DNA from: Terriglobia bacterium
Lineage (GTDB): Bacteria; Acidobacteriota; Terriglobia; 2-12-FULL-54-10
Assembly: GCA_963666975.2 (NCBI GenBank)
Contig: CAXVYR010000004.1
Location: forward strand, 1,088,001 to 1,152,000
Length of the DNA stretch: 64,000 nucleotides
Direction: 5' to 3'
Each line of letters opens with the position of its first letter. Position 1 is the stretch's first letter. Below are positions 47,495 through 58,395 of this stretch, in pieces. Under the pieces are notes generated by a model, which was given only the letters and a program-made list of their open reading frames with translations, searched no databases and was not told the DNA's origin. The translations under genes were made by a program, and so were the position numbers.

Positions 47495-47615
47495 GTGCCC
47501 ATATCCCCAGGTGCCCGTCTTGGCTCTTACGAGGTCCTCAACCCACTAGGTGCGGGTGGTATGGGAGAAGTCTACAAGGCCAGGGACACTCGCCTGGACC
47601 GCACAGTAGCCATCA
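47495..47615 (+). pseudogene. N-terminal remnant of a Ser/Thr kinase
   Basis: [40 protein letters not shown], broken off at the VAIK lysine. Confidence 0.85.
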
Positions 47616-47622
47616 CCGTAAG

Positions 47623-48084
47623 ATGGAAATCAAGGAACATCTAAAGATCACCGGGACGGCCCTGAAAGGCTGGCTGATCGCCCAAGCCTACGATGCGCTG
47701 GCTGTGGGACTGCTTTGGCTGGTTGGATTGCTAGTCCTTGGCGTTCCCCTTGCACCCTTGTGGGCATTGCTCGGGGCCCTCTTCCAATTTATCCCTGTCA
47801 TCGGAATGGTGCTTGCACTGGTGGGACCTGCGGCGGCCACGGCGATCAGCGGCGAGTTGGAATTGACGCTGTATGTGGTGATCCTTTATGTCCTGATTGC
47901 CGCGATAGATGGCTTGCTGCTGCAGCCATATATGATCAAGCGAACTGTTCGAGTCCCAATCTGGGCTTCGATTCTCACGCCTCTAGTGCTGGGCATCTTC
48001 CTGAATGTTTGGGGAATCTTGCTGTCGATTCCCCTACTTGCGGTGATCTATGCGTATCGCGCGCATTACAGAGGAAGGTACTGA
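47623..48084 (+). CDS. AI-2E (PerM) family membrane protein, short form
   Basis: [21 protein letters not shown] and GILLSIPL. Highly hydrophobic. Confidence 0.8.
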   Translation: MEIKEHLKITGTALKGWLIAQAYDALAVGLLWLVGLLVLGVPLAPLWALLGALFQFIPVIGMVLALVGPAAATAISGELELTLYVVILYVLIAAIDGLLLQPYMIKRTVRVPIWASILTPLVLGIFLNVWGILLSIPLLAVIYAYRAHYRGRY

Positions 48085-48315
48085 CCAGGCCGATACCTTG
48101 TAGCGCCGCCAGTGAAAGAGGGTACATTACAGCCTGGGGCTGGGACTGTGATATAACGCTCTCACTGAGACTGGTACTAACAATCGGTCTGGTCACACCG
48201 GTGGCGCAAATGCGATCTTTAAGCTAACATCTAGGCTGGACCGCCCGGTGGGGGTCGGTCCGGCCCGCACCGGGTCGTTGGTGGGTATCAAACCAAAGAA
48301 CAGGGGAGACGCGTC

Positions 48316-49005
48316 GTGACCCATAGACACATCATTCTTGCCGCAGTCGCGGCCATCGCTTTGAGTTCGGCCGTTTTTTTTGCCCAGGGCCAGGAATCGC
48401 AGCCACCGCTGGGTTTCTTTGTCACGAGCACCACACATAATGGCAATCTCGGCGGCCTCGCCGGTGCCGACGCCGAGTGCCAACGTCTGGCGGGCGCTGT
48501 CGGCGCGGGCAATCGCACCTGGCGCGCTTATCTCAGCACCCAGGGCAGCCAAGCCGTGCCGGCCGTCAACGCACGTGATCGTATCGGCAACGGACCTTGG
48601 TACAATGCCAACGGAATCATGGTAGCGGCCAGCCTCGCAGATCTGCATGGCGATCTTCAGCGTGGCAGCAACCTCATCAATGTGAGAACTGCGGTAACGG
48701 AAGCTGGCGAGCTTGTGAACGGGTTCGGTCGTGCCGAGGGCACCCCGTCAGAACACGACATACTTACGGGATCGGATTCGCATGGTCGGGCATTTCCGCC
48801 AGGCCTGTCCAACCAAGGCGACGACCGCACTTGCAACAACTGGACGTCCGATAGCCCCGATGCCCATGCCATGATCGGTCACCATGACCGTATGAGTGGC
48901 TGGAATACATCGTGGAATTCATCGCACTCGACCGCGGGCTGTAGCCTAGCGGCGTTTAACGACACTGGCGGCGCTGGACGCTTTTATTGCTTCGCCGCTG
49001 ACTGA
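48316..49005 (+). CDS. Exported endostatin/collagenase-NC10 (lectin-like) protein
   Basis: FFVTS..GNLGGLAGADAECQ, WRAYLS, ARDRIGNGPW, HDILTGS, TCNNWT and FYCFA. Confidence 0.85.
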   Translation: MTHRHIILAAVAAIALSSAVFFAQGQESQPPLGFFVTSTTHNGNLGGLAGADAECQRLAGAVGAGNRTWRAYLSTQGSQAVPAVNARDRIGNGPWYNANGIMVAASLADLHGDLQRGSNLINVRTAVTEAGELVNGFGRAEGTPSEHDILTGSDSHGRAFPPGLSNQGDDRTCNNWTSDSPDAHAMIGHHDRMSGWNTSWNSSHSTAGCSLAAFNDTGGAGRFYCFAAD

Positions 49006-49239
49006 CACAGTGCGAATAGGGTATCGCTCGCCAGTGGTATTCCTAAGTGGGAGCTTTTTCGCGAGGGTTCACGGTCAGGCAGACGATCTTCAGATTGAAC
49101 TGCCAGGCATGCCAGGGGCACTCAAACTTCTCCGTCCAAGTACGCTTCCCCGGGCGGCCCACCACGATGGATGCAGATATTGTCGAGGGCGGGAATTATC
49201 CTTCAGCGGGCGTGTCTTCGGCGATTCCCCATGAGTAAC

Positions 49240-49382
49240 GTGCAGACTACGACGTCACACCCGACGGCCAGCGGTTCGTGATGGTCCAGCCCAGCGAGCA
49301 GCAACAGGAATCTTCGACCCAAATCAACGTCGGGCTGAACGGGTTTGAAGAGCTGTAGCAGCGGGTGCCTACAGGGAACTGA
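49240..49382 (+). pseudogene. C-terminal remnant of a Ser/Thr kinase-TolB/PD40 gene
   Basis: DYDVTPDGQRFVMVQPSEQQQESSTQINVGLNGFEEL*QRVPTGN*. Confidence 0.78.
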
Positions 49383-49815
49383 TGAGTCTGAAATCAGGCA
49401 GCCCGTTGTTTCGGTTAGAAGGGAGGGCTGGCGAGCGGTGCCAGCCCCTTTTGTGGATCAAGGTGAAATGTATTTGTCTCAGTCTACCGAATCTCAGAAA
49501 GCACACAATCGCCCGAAGGTCACTTTTTACCTGTGCCTTTTGTACTAGAGCGGTTCTCCAGTTGCTATCTACCGTGTCCGAGCCGCGACCACCTTGCGGC
49601 CACCACTCAACCGGCGCTCGTTTAAGTTGGATTCCGGTCACACCCGCGTCACAAGCACTATTTCGAAAGTTTCCGGGGACTATCGTGTGTTCCCTATTTT
49701 CGTCTTGAGCGAGTTAATTCGGACAACTCTCGATAATGCTCTAACCCCTTCAGAGACAGGGTCTTGAGCAATATCCCCACGAGGAATAATCGCCGGGATT
49801 GATAGCTGAAAATTC

Positions 49816-49892
49816 TGGCGCGCCCGGCCCGACTCGAACGGGCGACCTGCGGATTCGAAGTCCGACGCTCTATCCAACTGAGCTACGGGCGC
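49816..49892 (-). tRNA. tRNA-Arg, anticodon TCG
   Basis: GCGCCCG TA GCTC AGTTGGATA GAGC G TCGGA CT-TCG-AA TCCGC AGGTC GCCCG TTCGAGT CGGGC CGGGCGC G CCA forms a full cloverleaf with encoded CCA. Confidence 0.95.
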
Positions 49893-49908
49893 GCATGTCT
49901 GTAACCAC

Positions 49909-49937
49909 ATATTATCTATGCGGTTGTGGGAAATCAA
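49909..49937 (-). promoter_or_regulatory. Probable tRNA promoter
   Basis: TTGATT-17 nt-TAATAT on the minus strand. Confidence 0.6.
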
Positions 49938-50003
49938 GGGTGTTGTCCGAAAGGTCGGTATGCACAATAATTGTGCAAACTGTCCGAAAACTGTCCGAGT
50001 TTC

Positions 50004-50189
50004 GAGGGTTGTCCCATACATAGTTGAAGGTTGAACGGCGGTTCGGCCCGAATCGAATAGAATCGGGCCAAGCCTAAATCCTATAGAAGGAGAACCGCCG
50101 AATGAAGGGAAAATATCACGTTTTGGAACTGGGTTCCAAGGGAGCCGAAGAAACCATCCAGAAGTTTTGCCAAACCAACGGACAGATGC
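50004..50189 (+). mobile_element. Left-end fragment of the same IS256 as 9037-10485
   Basis: Near-identical to 9037-9221 and truncated where the next IS begins. Confidence 0.93.
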
Positions 50190-51561
50190 CGTACGGTCCA
50201 AAAACTCGATCTGACTGAAACCATTGGGGGAGAGTTGCTGAGCTCGCCGGGGTGATAGAATTCACCAATGAGAGCGGATTTGGATCCATTTCGATTTGTG
50301 GTGGTCGCCGTCGCTGGCTGGATGAACCAGCACCAACAGCATGTCATCGAGTATCTCGTGGAGGAGAATCGCGTTCTTCGAGAACAGCTCGGCGGTAGGC
50401 GATTGCGATTCAACGATGACCAGCGTCGTCGGCTAGCAGCCAAGGGAAAGCAACTGGGAAGAAAATTGCTGGCTCAGATTGCAACCGTTGTCACTCCGGA
50501 AACTTTGTTAACCTGGCACCGCAAGTTGATCGCCAAGAAATATGATGGCAGTGCGAACCGCCTGCCCGGACGACCTCGGAAGATTGCGGAGATGGAAACC
50601 ATAGTCGTTCGGATGGCCCAGGAGAATCGGGAATGGGGTTACCGGCGGATCCAAGGAGCCCTGGCGAACTTGGGACACGACCTCTCGCACGGCACCATTG
50701 CTAATATTCTGAAGCAACATGGCATCGAGCCAGCGCCAGAGCGCATTCGCAAGACGACATGGAAGGAGTTTCTCGCCCGGCACTGGGAACAGATTGTGGC
50801 CACGGACTTCTTCACGATTGAAGTGTGGACTCGGACGGGATTGCAGCGTTTTCTCGTGCTCTTCTTTATTGAACTCTCGACGCGGAGGGTGAAGGTCGGG
50901 GGAATCGCGAAGGTCGCGAATGGGTTATGGATGAGCCAGATCACGCGTAATCTCACCGACGCTGTGGATGGCTACTTCCTCGGGAAGCGTTACTGATCCA
51001 TGATCGAGACCCGTTGTACACGACAGAGTTTCTGAGCATGCTTGCGGACGTTGGCGTGAAGTCCGTAAAACTACCACCTCGGTCACCCAACCTGAACGCA
51101 TACGCGGAGCGGTTTGTGAGAACAATCAAGGAAAGCTGTCTGGAGCGCATGATCTTCTTTGGCGAAGGGTCATTGCGGACCGCCATCTCAGAGTTTCTTT
51201 CGCACTATCATTTGGAACGGAACCACCAGGGACTGGAAAACCGCCTGATCACTCCCATGGACACGACGATAGAAAGCTCCGGCACAGTGCAACGGCGACA
51301 GCGGCTGGGTGGCATGCTCAATTATTACTATCGCGAAGCGGCTTGAGGAGAGCGTAGCGTACGGTTTGTCTTGCGGCTCTTCCTTTGCTTCGTTAACCGG
51401 GAACCCTCCCAAATTGAACGTCTGAGCTGATCGTAACGGCAAGCCCGTCTGACGTTATACACGACGTGAATCACTCGCGCTGGAGAGTTGTATCCAAAGC
51501 TTCGATCAAAAATTGCGGGAGCTTCCGACCGACCACCGGTTTCGGTTTTTTATACCTTACG
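50190..51561 (+). mobile_element. IS with HTH + integrase-core (rve) transposase, frameshifted (50268-51346)
   Basis: IRs CGTACGGTCCAAAAAC / GTTTTTTATACCTTACG. Motifs TDFF, KRY|LIHDRD (1-nt deletion at ~50994) and NAYAERFVRTIKE. No TSD. Confidence 0.85.
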
Positions 51562-51821
51562 CGGGCTTTGCGTATGTCACCAATGCGAGCGCCGTTCCAG
51601 TGAAACACATATAGCGGGAAGGCAACCGTTCCCTCTGGGCGCCGGTGCTCGCGCAATTTCCATTGGCGCTCGATGATCTGGAGGAGTTCACCTTCGAGCG
51701 CCAGCAATTTACTTTGTCCGTTCTTTGAGTTCTCTGGCCGGAGCCGGATCACCTTTTCGAGCAGGTCAACATCGCCCCCTGCGAGGGAAGCAATCTCCCC
51801 CTTGCGCCAGCCTGTGAGGAA
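51562..51821 (-). pseudogene. Tyrosine recombinase/integrase internal fragment
   Basis: FLTGWRKGEIASL..DVD (box I Arg), then IRLRPENSKNG (catalytic Lys), and YVFH..G.RIGDIRKA. Confidence 0.8.
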
Positions 51822-51845
51822 GCATCAGCGATGCGCTACCCTAAT

Positions 51846-53492
51846 CCCGCATTTCCAGTTTGAAATCGTAGAAGCAACCTTCTGCTAACCTCCAACGTCA
51901 ATATTGATGCTGGTTCGAGCAGCAACATTCCCTTCCGGAGGTTCACACCGAATGGGTGAGAGACAAAATCAGCCATTTCAACTCACTTTTAATGCCTGCG
52001 TTGAAGGTCGCTTTCCACGGATCGAGGGTCACCTCCAACGGAGGGTTGATTCTGGTGCGGGAGTTGGACGAACGACCGGGATTCGGTGAACTCATCAAGC
52101 AGCACCTAGCCGATCCTCGGGGGAAGAACACACGGTTGCCCCTCGCGGACCTGCTACGGCAGTCCGTGTACAGTCGCCTGGCTGGATACGAGGATGTGAA
52201 CGATGCCGAGAAACTCTCCCAAGGTCCGACCTTCCGGCTGATCGGTTCCGAGAAGAATTGGGATCGAGGGGCAGCACTGCCATCCCGGTTGCAAACCTTC
52301 GAGACGGAACTCCTGGCTGAGGAGGGGACCTTCGCGGGGCTGGCACGGGTAAACCGGGAGCTGATCGGCAAGGCAGAAGGGATCGATTCGCCGCACCGAA
52401 CAGTGTTGGACATGGATTCGACCGAGATTCCGGTCTACGGCGAACAGGAGGATAGCGCCTACCACGGGCATTTTGAGTCCACCTGTTATCACCCGCTGCT
52501 GTTGTTCAATGGAGGCGGCGATTGTCTGGCGGGCAAGCTCCGTCCTGGCAACGTTCACAGTGCTGAGGGATGGGAAAGTTCCTCTTGCCGGAGATTGAAC
52601 GGCAGCAGCGAATGGGAAAAGAAGTCGCGGTTCGGGCCGACGCGGCCTTTGCCAAGCCAGAGGTCTTCGAGGCCCTGGAAGAGCGGAGCGTGAAGTACGC
52701 CATCCGCATACCCGCGAACGAGAACCTGCAACGGGATATCGCCGAACTGTTGCCGCGTCCGGTGGGAAGACCCAGTGTGAAGACGTTGGTAGAGTACAAG
52801 GGCTTTCTCTATCAAGCAGCGAGTTGGAGCAAAGCGAGACGGGTCGTTGCCAAGGTGGAACATCACCAGGGAGAGCTGTTTCCGCGAGTGGGTTTCATCG
52901 TGACGAATCTGACCCTGCCGAGTCGGGCGGTGGACGGTTCTACAACAAGCGCGGGACGGCTGAGCAATGGATCAAAGAGGGCAAGCAGGCAGTGAAGATG
53001 ACGCGGCTGAGTTGCCATCGGTTTCGATCCAACGAGGTGCGGCTGTGGCTCACCATCATCGCCTATAACCTGGGCAACCTGTGGCGGCGGCTGGTATTGC
53101 CGCAGAGGATCGGGCACTGGTCCTTGACGAGCCTGCAGCAGCGGTTGGTGAAAACGGGAGGACGGCTGGTGAAGCATGCGCGCTATTACTGGCTGCTTTT
53201 GGCAGAGAACCATCTGACTCGGCGGCTGTTTGCCAGTATGCTGGGGCGGATCGATGGGCTGCCGCTTCCGTCGGGCGCTCAAGCGGCACCCAAGAAAACG
53301 ATTCCGATATCCCCCAGGAATGGAGAGTTGTCTGAAAAAGCTGGTTCTGGAAGCCGGAGCCGATGGTTTTCGGGGACCCGAAAAGGCCGGCTGCGAGCCG
53401 CAGGCAGCATCTCGGAGAAAACACTGCGCTGGAAGGGCTGCATTGAAGGAAGACCGTATTCTCACCGCGGAAGGCCAAAAAACTAATTCCGG
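51846..53492 (+). mobile_element. IS1380-family element, full length (1647 bp), transposase frameshifted
   Basis: 5-bp TSD CTAAT at 51841-51845 and 53493-53497. Motifs TSNGGL, LDMDST, CYHPL, RADAAF and FYNKRGTAEQWIKEGK across several frames. Confidence 0.92.
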
Positions 53493-53605
53493 CTAATACC
53501 CCGCGCACAACAACGCCCCCATGCCCAGGCTGACCACCCTGCTCGCCAGGTTTCTGCAATTCATAAAGACACCCTCTCGCCGCCGCATACAATGCCCATT
53601 GCCTC

Positions 53606-55444
53606 TTACCGGAAATCCACCACGAAGTGCGCCGTGTTCGACGTCGAACCCCACTGCGCTTGCGACAGAAACGGTCCCGGATTTTGAACGGTGATGGGAT
53701 GGATTCCGGCGCGCGCAATCAAACCCGCATCGATCGTGGCTCTCAACTCCGAAGCGCTCACCAACTGCGCGGGGACGGGCCTCCGTCCGAAATAGACCAC
53801 AGACTTGCTGGTGAAGTTCACTCCGCGGATGGTGAGGGTCACGTCTGAACTTTCCGCCGTCACCACCAGCGGAGAAAGTGACTCAATCCCCGGACACGGC
53901 TGCCCAAAGGACCAGGTCGGGTCTGTCAACCCGGCAATCGTCCGAGCCCCTTGTGCGGTTGCCTGCTTCAGGGCATGGACCCACTCGAGCGACCGCACCT
54001 CGTCGCCTGCGAATGGATCGGTGAAGGTCCGGTGATAGGTTCTGTCAACTACTTTCCCATCCTGGACCACCCACGCAATCTTTTTTGTGTTCCGGATATC
54101 TTCCAGGGGGTCGGCGTTGACGACGATCAGATCGGCCAGCTTCCCGGCCTCGATGGTTCCCACACGGTCGAGGACGCGGTACCCCTCCGCGGAATTCCGT
54201 GTCGCTGCCACGATGGCCTGGATTGGGGTCAACCCCGCATCGACCAGCAACTCCATCTCGCGATGCATTCCGATGCCGGCCACGGCCCAGCCCACCGCCC
54301 CTGTATCGGTCCCCGCCATCACCTTTCCTCCACCCCGCACAAACTGCCCGATGAAGCGCATCATGTTCTCGAAGCCCTGCTTCATCTGCTCCCGGTCTGC
54401 GAGGTCCCAGGCGTCAAACTCGGTGTAGTTCGACATCCACTTATGGCGAGTCCCGGCGGGGATATAGGCGAGGTCGGGATTTTCCAAAAGTTCATAGTCC
54501 TCCAGCTCCCACTCCTTGCGCTGCCGGAACAGCCCCCGCCCTTCGGCAATCAGGTCCGGCTCCAGATAGGTGTTTCGGTCCACCATCAACTGGATTAATT
54601 CCGCCGCCTTGCGCTCGTCAATGTCTGCGAAAGGTCTTGTGTCGAGCGAGTGCAGCTCGATTCCACCCCAGCCCTCCCATTTGAAAGGATCATTGGCCAT
54701 CGAGATGTTGAGTCCCGCCGCATGCTCCAAAATGTCGGCCCCTGCCAGGACGGCTTCTCTCCCGTATACCGCGGGCCCAATCGGCTGGGCTACCACGGGC
54801 AAGCCTGCTCTGTGAGCTTCGGCGACGGCTGCCTCAAAAGCTGCCTGCGAGAGTCCGCGCCGGATGTTAATCAGATCGGCCCCGGAGGCTGCCGTGCGCC
54901 TGACAACTTCTCTTGCCTTCTCCACTGTAAATGGCTCCACCTCCCGGCCTCTGGACCGGCTATAGACGACACGTCCGGGTTTGACCGGAGCCAGCAAACT
55001 CTCCCCCGCTACAAAGAGCCGGGGACCGGGGATCACTCCTCGCGCAATCGCCTCGCGGCGGACCAACTGCGACGGCCCGCGACCGCCGATATCAAAAACA
55101 GATGTCACGCCGTGCGAGAGCAACAGCTCCGCCATAAAACCCGAGTAGTGAACATGCGCGTCCATCAAACCGGGAAGAATGAACTTTCCATCGGCGCGCA
55201 GGACCCTGGCTCCCGCCGGGTAGGATGCTTGTCCTCGCCGAGTCACGGTCTCGATCCTGTTTCCCCGGATGACAATGAGCGCGTCCGGAACGGGCGCTCC
55301 CCCGTTGCCGTCAATGAGGGTTCCCCCTTCGATCACCAGGGTGACCGGCTGCTCTGCTTGGGCGGCTGCATGAACGGAGAATAGGATGCTCCAGCAAAGA
55401 AGCAAGAGGCAATAGACGAGCGAACAATAAGTAGACCTTCTCAT
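53606..55444 (-). CDS. Secreted amidohydrolase (Amidohydro_1) with C-terminal IPT/TIG-like Ig domain
   Basis: PGLMDAHVH, AGTD, GKLADL, then LSP...LTIRGVNF...ITVQNPGP. Confidence 0.88.
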   Translation of the reverse strand: MRRSTYCSLVYCLLLLCWSILFSVHAAAQAEQPVTLVIEGGTLIDGNGGAPVPDALIVIRGNRIETVTRRGQASYPAGARVLRADGKFILPGLMDAHVHYSGFMAELLLSHGVTSVFDIGGRGPSQLVRREAIARGVIPGPRLFVAGESLLAPVKPGRVVYSRSRGREVEPFTVEKAREVVRRTAASGADLINIRRGLSQAAFEAAVAEAHRAGLPVVAQPIGPAVYGREAVLAGADILEHAAGLNISMANDPFKWEGWGGIELHSLDTRPFADIDERKAAELIQLMVDRNTYLEPDLIAEGRGLFRQRKEWELEDYELLENPDLAYIPAGTRHKWMSNYTEFDAWDLADREQMKQGFENMMRFIGQFVRGGGKVMAGTDTGAVGWAVAGIGMHREMELLVDAGLTPIQAIVAATRNSAEGYRVLDRVGTIEAGKLADLIVVNADPLEDIRNTKKIAWVVQDGKVVDRTYHRTFTDPFAGDEVRSLEWVHALKQATAQGARTIAGLTDPTWSFGQPCPGIESLSPLVVTAESSDVTLTIRGVNFTSKSVVYFGRRPVPAQLVSASELRATIDAGLIARAGIHPITVQNPGPFLSQAQWGSTSNTAHFVVDFR

Positions 55445-55527
55445 GATGTCCCTCCATGGGTGGAAAAATCACTTAAGGATAGACGGTTTTTAGTTCTTGA
55501 AACGGCTTGCCGGGCGTTCATTTCCGA

Positions 55528-57312
55528 CTAAGGAACGAGAAAAAAATTCTGGACCTCAGAATCTCCCCCTTCCGGCGACGGGTTTCGCACGACCACCCGG
55601 TAGGTGCCGGTCCGGCTGAGCAGCCGGGCGGGCACTATGGCCGTGAGCCGCGAATAAACCGGCTGGAAGACCGTTTCCGGCACAAGGGTGTTTTCGTCCG
55701 GAGTGGCCGGAAGGGCCACGCCATCGAATTCCACCACGGACCCATCCATGAAATTGCGTCCTTCGAGTGTCAGGGTCACCTCTTGGTTCAGCCCCTTGGC
55801 GGTGATCGGGACCAGAGCCCTGAGAAATGGCTTGGGATGAGGAAAACGGACCGACCGCGGAGGGCGCGGATCGGGATTGGTGAAGTCCGCGTGATAGCTG
55901 GTGTCGATCACCTCTCCGTCTTGAATCACACGGTCGATCGTCTTGCTGTTGCGGATGTCAGCCAGGGGGTCCTCTCTTAGGATAATCAAGTCGGCCAGCT
56001 TGCCGGGCTCGACCGTGCCCAGCTCGCTCTCCTGCAAAAACTCGGCATTATTTTGAGTAGCTGCCTGAATCGCCTGCATCGGAGTCAGCCCGGCGTCCAC
56101 TAATAGCTCCAGTTCCCGGTGGAGACTGATGCCGGGCAAGATGAAGGATGTGGTATCACTCCCCGCCAGCACGGTTCCTCCCGCCTGGACAAACTCCCGG
56201 ATAAAACTTTGCAGGTTTTCATATCCCCGAAGGAGTTGCTCGTGCTGCTCGCTGTTCAGCCGTTCCAGGGGTTTTGAGTAAAATGCCTTTTCCCGGTTGT
56301 CGGCGGGGACATACTGCAGGTTGGGGTCCTCCAACAAGCGTTGATCCTCAGTAATCCAGACCTCCCGGCGCGGGCTGCCCCAGCGGGCTATATTCACCAA
56401 GTCCGGCTCCAAACGAACGTTTTTCTCCACCAGCAAGGCGACCAATTCATCCATCCGAGTAGGCTCCATGAAGGCGTGGTACAGCAAGTACAGCGGATAA
56501 TCCACCGCGATTCCCAGCCGAGCAAAGGCTCGCAACTCCGCAGCCCTGGCAGGGTCGGAGATGGTTGCCAGCGCAATGCCGCTCGCATGCGCCAGCGCAT
56601 CCACCCCCAGCTCGGCTGCCTGCCGGGCGTCGATACTCCCCAGATGGGCTATGACGCTGCGCCCGGCCTTGTGGGATTCCTCCACCATGGCCTGCAGTTG
56701 ATCAGCGGTCAGTTCCGTGTAAGCCTTCGTCAGAGCAAATGGGCTCCTGCCCGTGCCGGCCTGTTGCACCAGCCGCCGTGCCGTCGGGACGGAGTCCACC
56801 GGCTGGTTTGGGGGAGTATCCCAGAGCAGCCGCCCACCCGTCGTGGCGGTCGCGTTAAACATTCGAGGCCCGCGGATCCGCCCGCTGGCAATCAGTTCTT
56901 TTTGCTCCAGTTGCCAGTCCCCGGAACTCAAATCTACGACCGAGGTAACCCCGTGGGCCAGGAATAATTCGGGCGCCCAATCATACCAATGGACGTGCAT
57001 ATCGATCAGGCCCGGCAGGATGAATTTCCCCTCTGCCGAAATGACCTGTGCGCCGGGTGGATAGGAGACGGTTCCCTTTTGACCCACCGCGGTAATCCTA
57101 TTCCCCTCGATCACGACGACGGCATCCTGCAGGGGGGGTGCTCCTGTGCCGTCAATGAGCGTCCCTCCCTCGACGACCAAGGCAGGGCTCTGCGCCGGGC
57201 TGCAGTTTCCGAACAGCACCAGCACAAGGGCCAGCGATAAAACCCAAAGCTCCATATGGCTGACTACTGTATGCCGTGTATCCTGTGTGTGCCGTACATC
57301 CGGGTTTCGCAT
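55528..57312 (-). CDS. Secreted amidohydrolase with C-terminal IPT/TIG-like domain, paralog
   Basis: PGLIDMHVH, AGSD, GKLADL, then LTLEGRNF...VVVRNPSP. Start uncertain. Confidence 0.87.
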   Translation of the reverse strand: MRNPDVRHTQDTRHTVVSHMELWVLSLALVLVLFGNCSPAQSPALVVEGGTLIDGTGAPPLQDAVVVIEGNRITAVGQKGTVSYPPGAQVISAEGKFILPGLIDMHVHWYDWAPELFLAHGVTSVVDLSSGDWQLEQKELIASGRIRGPRMFNATATTGGRLLWDTPPNQPVDSVPTARRLVQQAGTGRSPFALTKAYTELTADQLQAMVEESHKAGRSVIAHLGSIDARQAAELGVDALAHASGIALATISDPARAAELRAFARLGIAVDYPLYLLYHAFMEPTRMDELVALLVEKNVRLEPDLVNIARWGSPRREVWITEDQRLLEDPNLQYVPADNREKAFYSKPLERLNSEQHEQLLRGYENLQSFIREFVQAGGTVLAGSDTTSFILPGISLHRELELLVDAGLTPMQAIQAATQNNAEFLQESELGTVEPGKLADLIILREDPLADIRNSKTIDRVIQDGEVIDTSYHADFTNPDPRPPRSVRFPHPKPFLRALVPITAKGLNQEVTLTLEGRNFMDGSVVEFDGVALPATPDENTLVPETVFQPVYSRLTAIVPARLLSRTGTYRVVVRNPSPEGGDSEVQNFFLVP

Positions 57313-57415
57313 GGTTCCGCCTTCTCCTGTTTGCCGAAAGTTTAAAAGGTCCAATAGAAATTTCCAATTCCAGTTTTCGTTTGGAACGGGATTTAGCGTC
57401 AGCACCCCCGCCGGT

Positions 57416-57749
57416 TCAAAACCGCTCGTTGATCCACATCGTCACGTAATCGAAAAAGTTCCTCGCGCTGTTGGAATATTGCCCGGGGAAAGGTTTCACA
57501 CGCGGTACACGGACTGATCCCGTGCGTGGCGCCCTCTGATGATGACGAAGTCTTTATCGTCGCTCGCCGCCACCTCATAGTGGATATCGTTGTCTCGAAT
57601 GAAGTAGTGCGCCCCCATTGCGGCGATGAGAACGGGGACCACGGTGAGAATGGCGCGTACACCGGGTTGCTCTGGGCGAGCGACGGTAACACGGATGCGG
57701 CCAAGACCAGGCTAAAGATCAGGCCGAAGATCAAGATTCGGCTATTCAT
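57416..57749 (-). pseudogene. Exported alpha/beta-hydrolase-like gene with large internal deletion
   Basis: Signal peptide MNSRILIF..SLAQSNPVY joined out of frame to VPVLIAAMGAHYF...EGATHGISPCTAC...WINERF*. Confidence 0.6.
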
Positions 57750-58366
57750 CTCAAACCTCCGAGACCATTCGCTTCGGTGGCCAATTATACCTGATTGAGA
57801 TGCCAATGTGGTTTCCCGGCATCAAGCCCCGCCCAGGAATACACTCTGCGGCCCCGGTGTCTATAGGGATGAAGGAACGGCGAGGGCTGAAACGTTCACT
57901 CAGTCGCGAGAGGCTGTAAATGAAGAGGACCTGGATCCGGTGAGCCGATCATTTCCTCAAAGTGCAGGAATCAAGCCTCATGTTTTGGCTGGGCATGAAC
58001 CGTGCCCTGAGGTGGAAGCTGCCCCAATACCGGCATCCACTCTATCCCTTATTTATTATCTATTATCTATCCCTCCTCCTATCTATCCCTCCTCCCAATA
58101 TTTCCTCCCACACAGCCTCATCCAGTCAAGCATCCGGTGAAGCGTTATATATATTCATTTTATTGATATAAAATGAGTTATACACCGAGAACAAGTCTAA
58201 GCCTTTCAAACCTTTACATTGGCGTGCGAATGCGAATGATCTATTTATAAATGCAAACAGGGTGTAGAATAATGTCATAATTACAATAAATACCAATAAA
58301 ATACAAATTCATAGATAATTTTATGCACTATATGCAAAATTATTATAGCAATTTTCAATTTTACCC

Positions 58367-58395
58367 TTGACACGCCCCGCTTTCCCCTCTAATCT
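58367..58395 (+). promoter_or_regulatory. sigma70 promoter upstream of amtB, preceded by an AT-rich tract (58140-58365)
   Basis: TTGACA-17 nt-TAATCT. Confidence 0.7.

Noticed and set aside
49914-49926. ACCGCATAG (the IS target duplication) recurring in the tRNA promoter spacer on the minus strand
   Set aside because: A 9-mer match is unremarkable in 64 kb on two strands, and no IS end is adjacent.
50985-51010. TGA at 50994 as selenocysteine or readthrough
   Set aside because: The downstream homology (LIHDRD) is in another frame, so this is a 1-nt deletion.
58040-58100. TATCTATCCCTCCTCC duplication
   Set aside because: Low-complexity two-copy slippage with no evident function.
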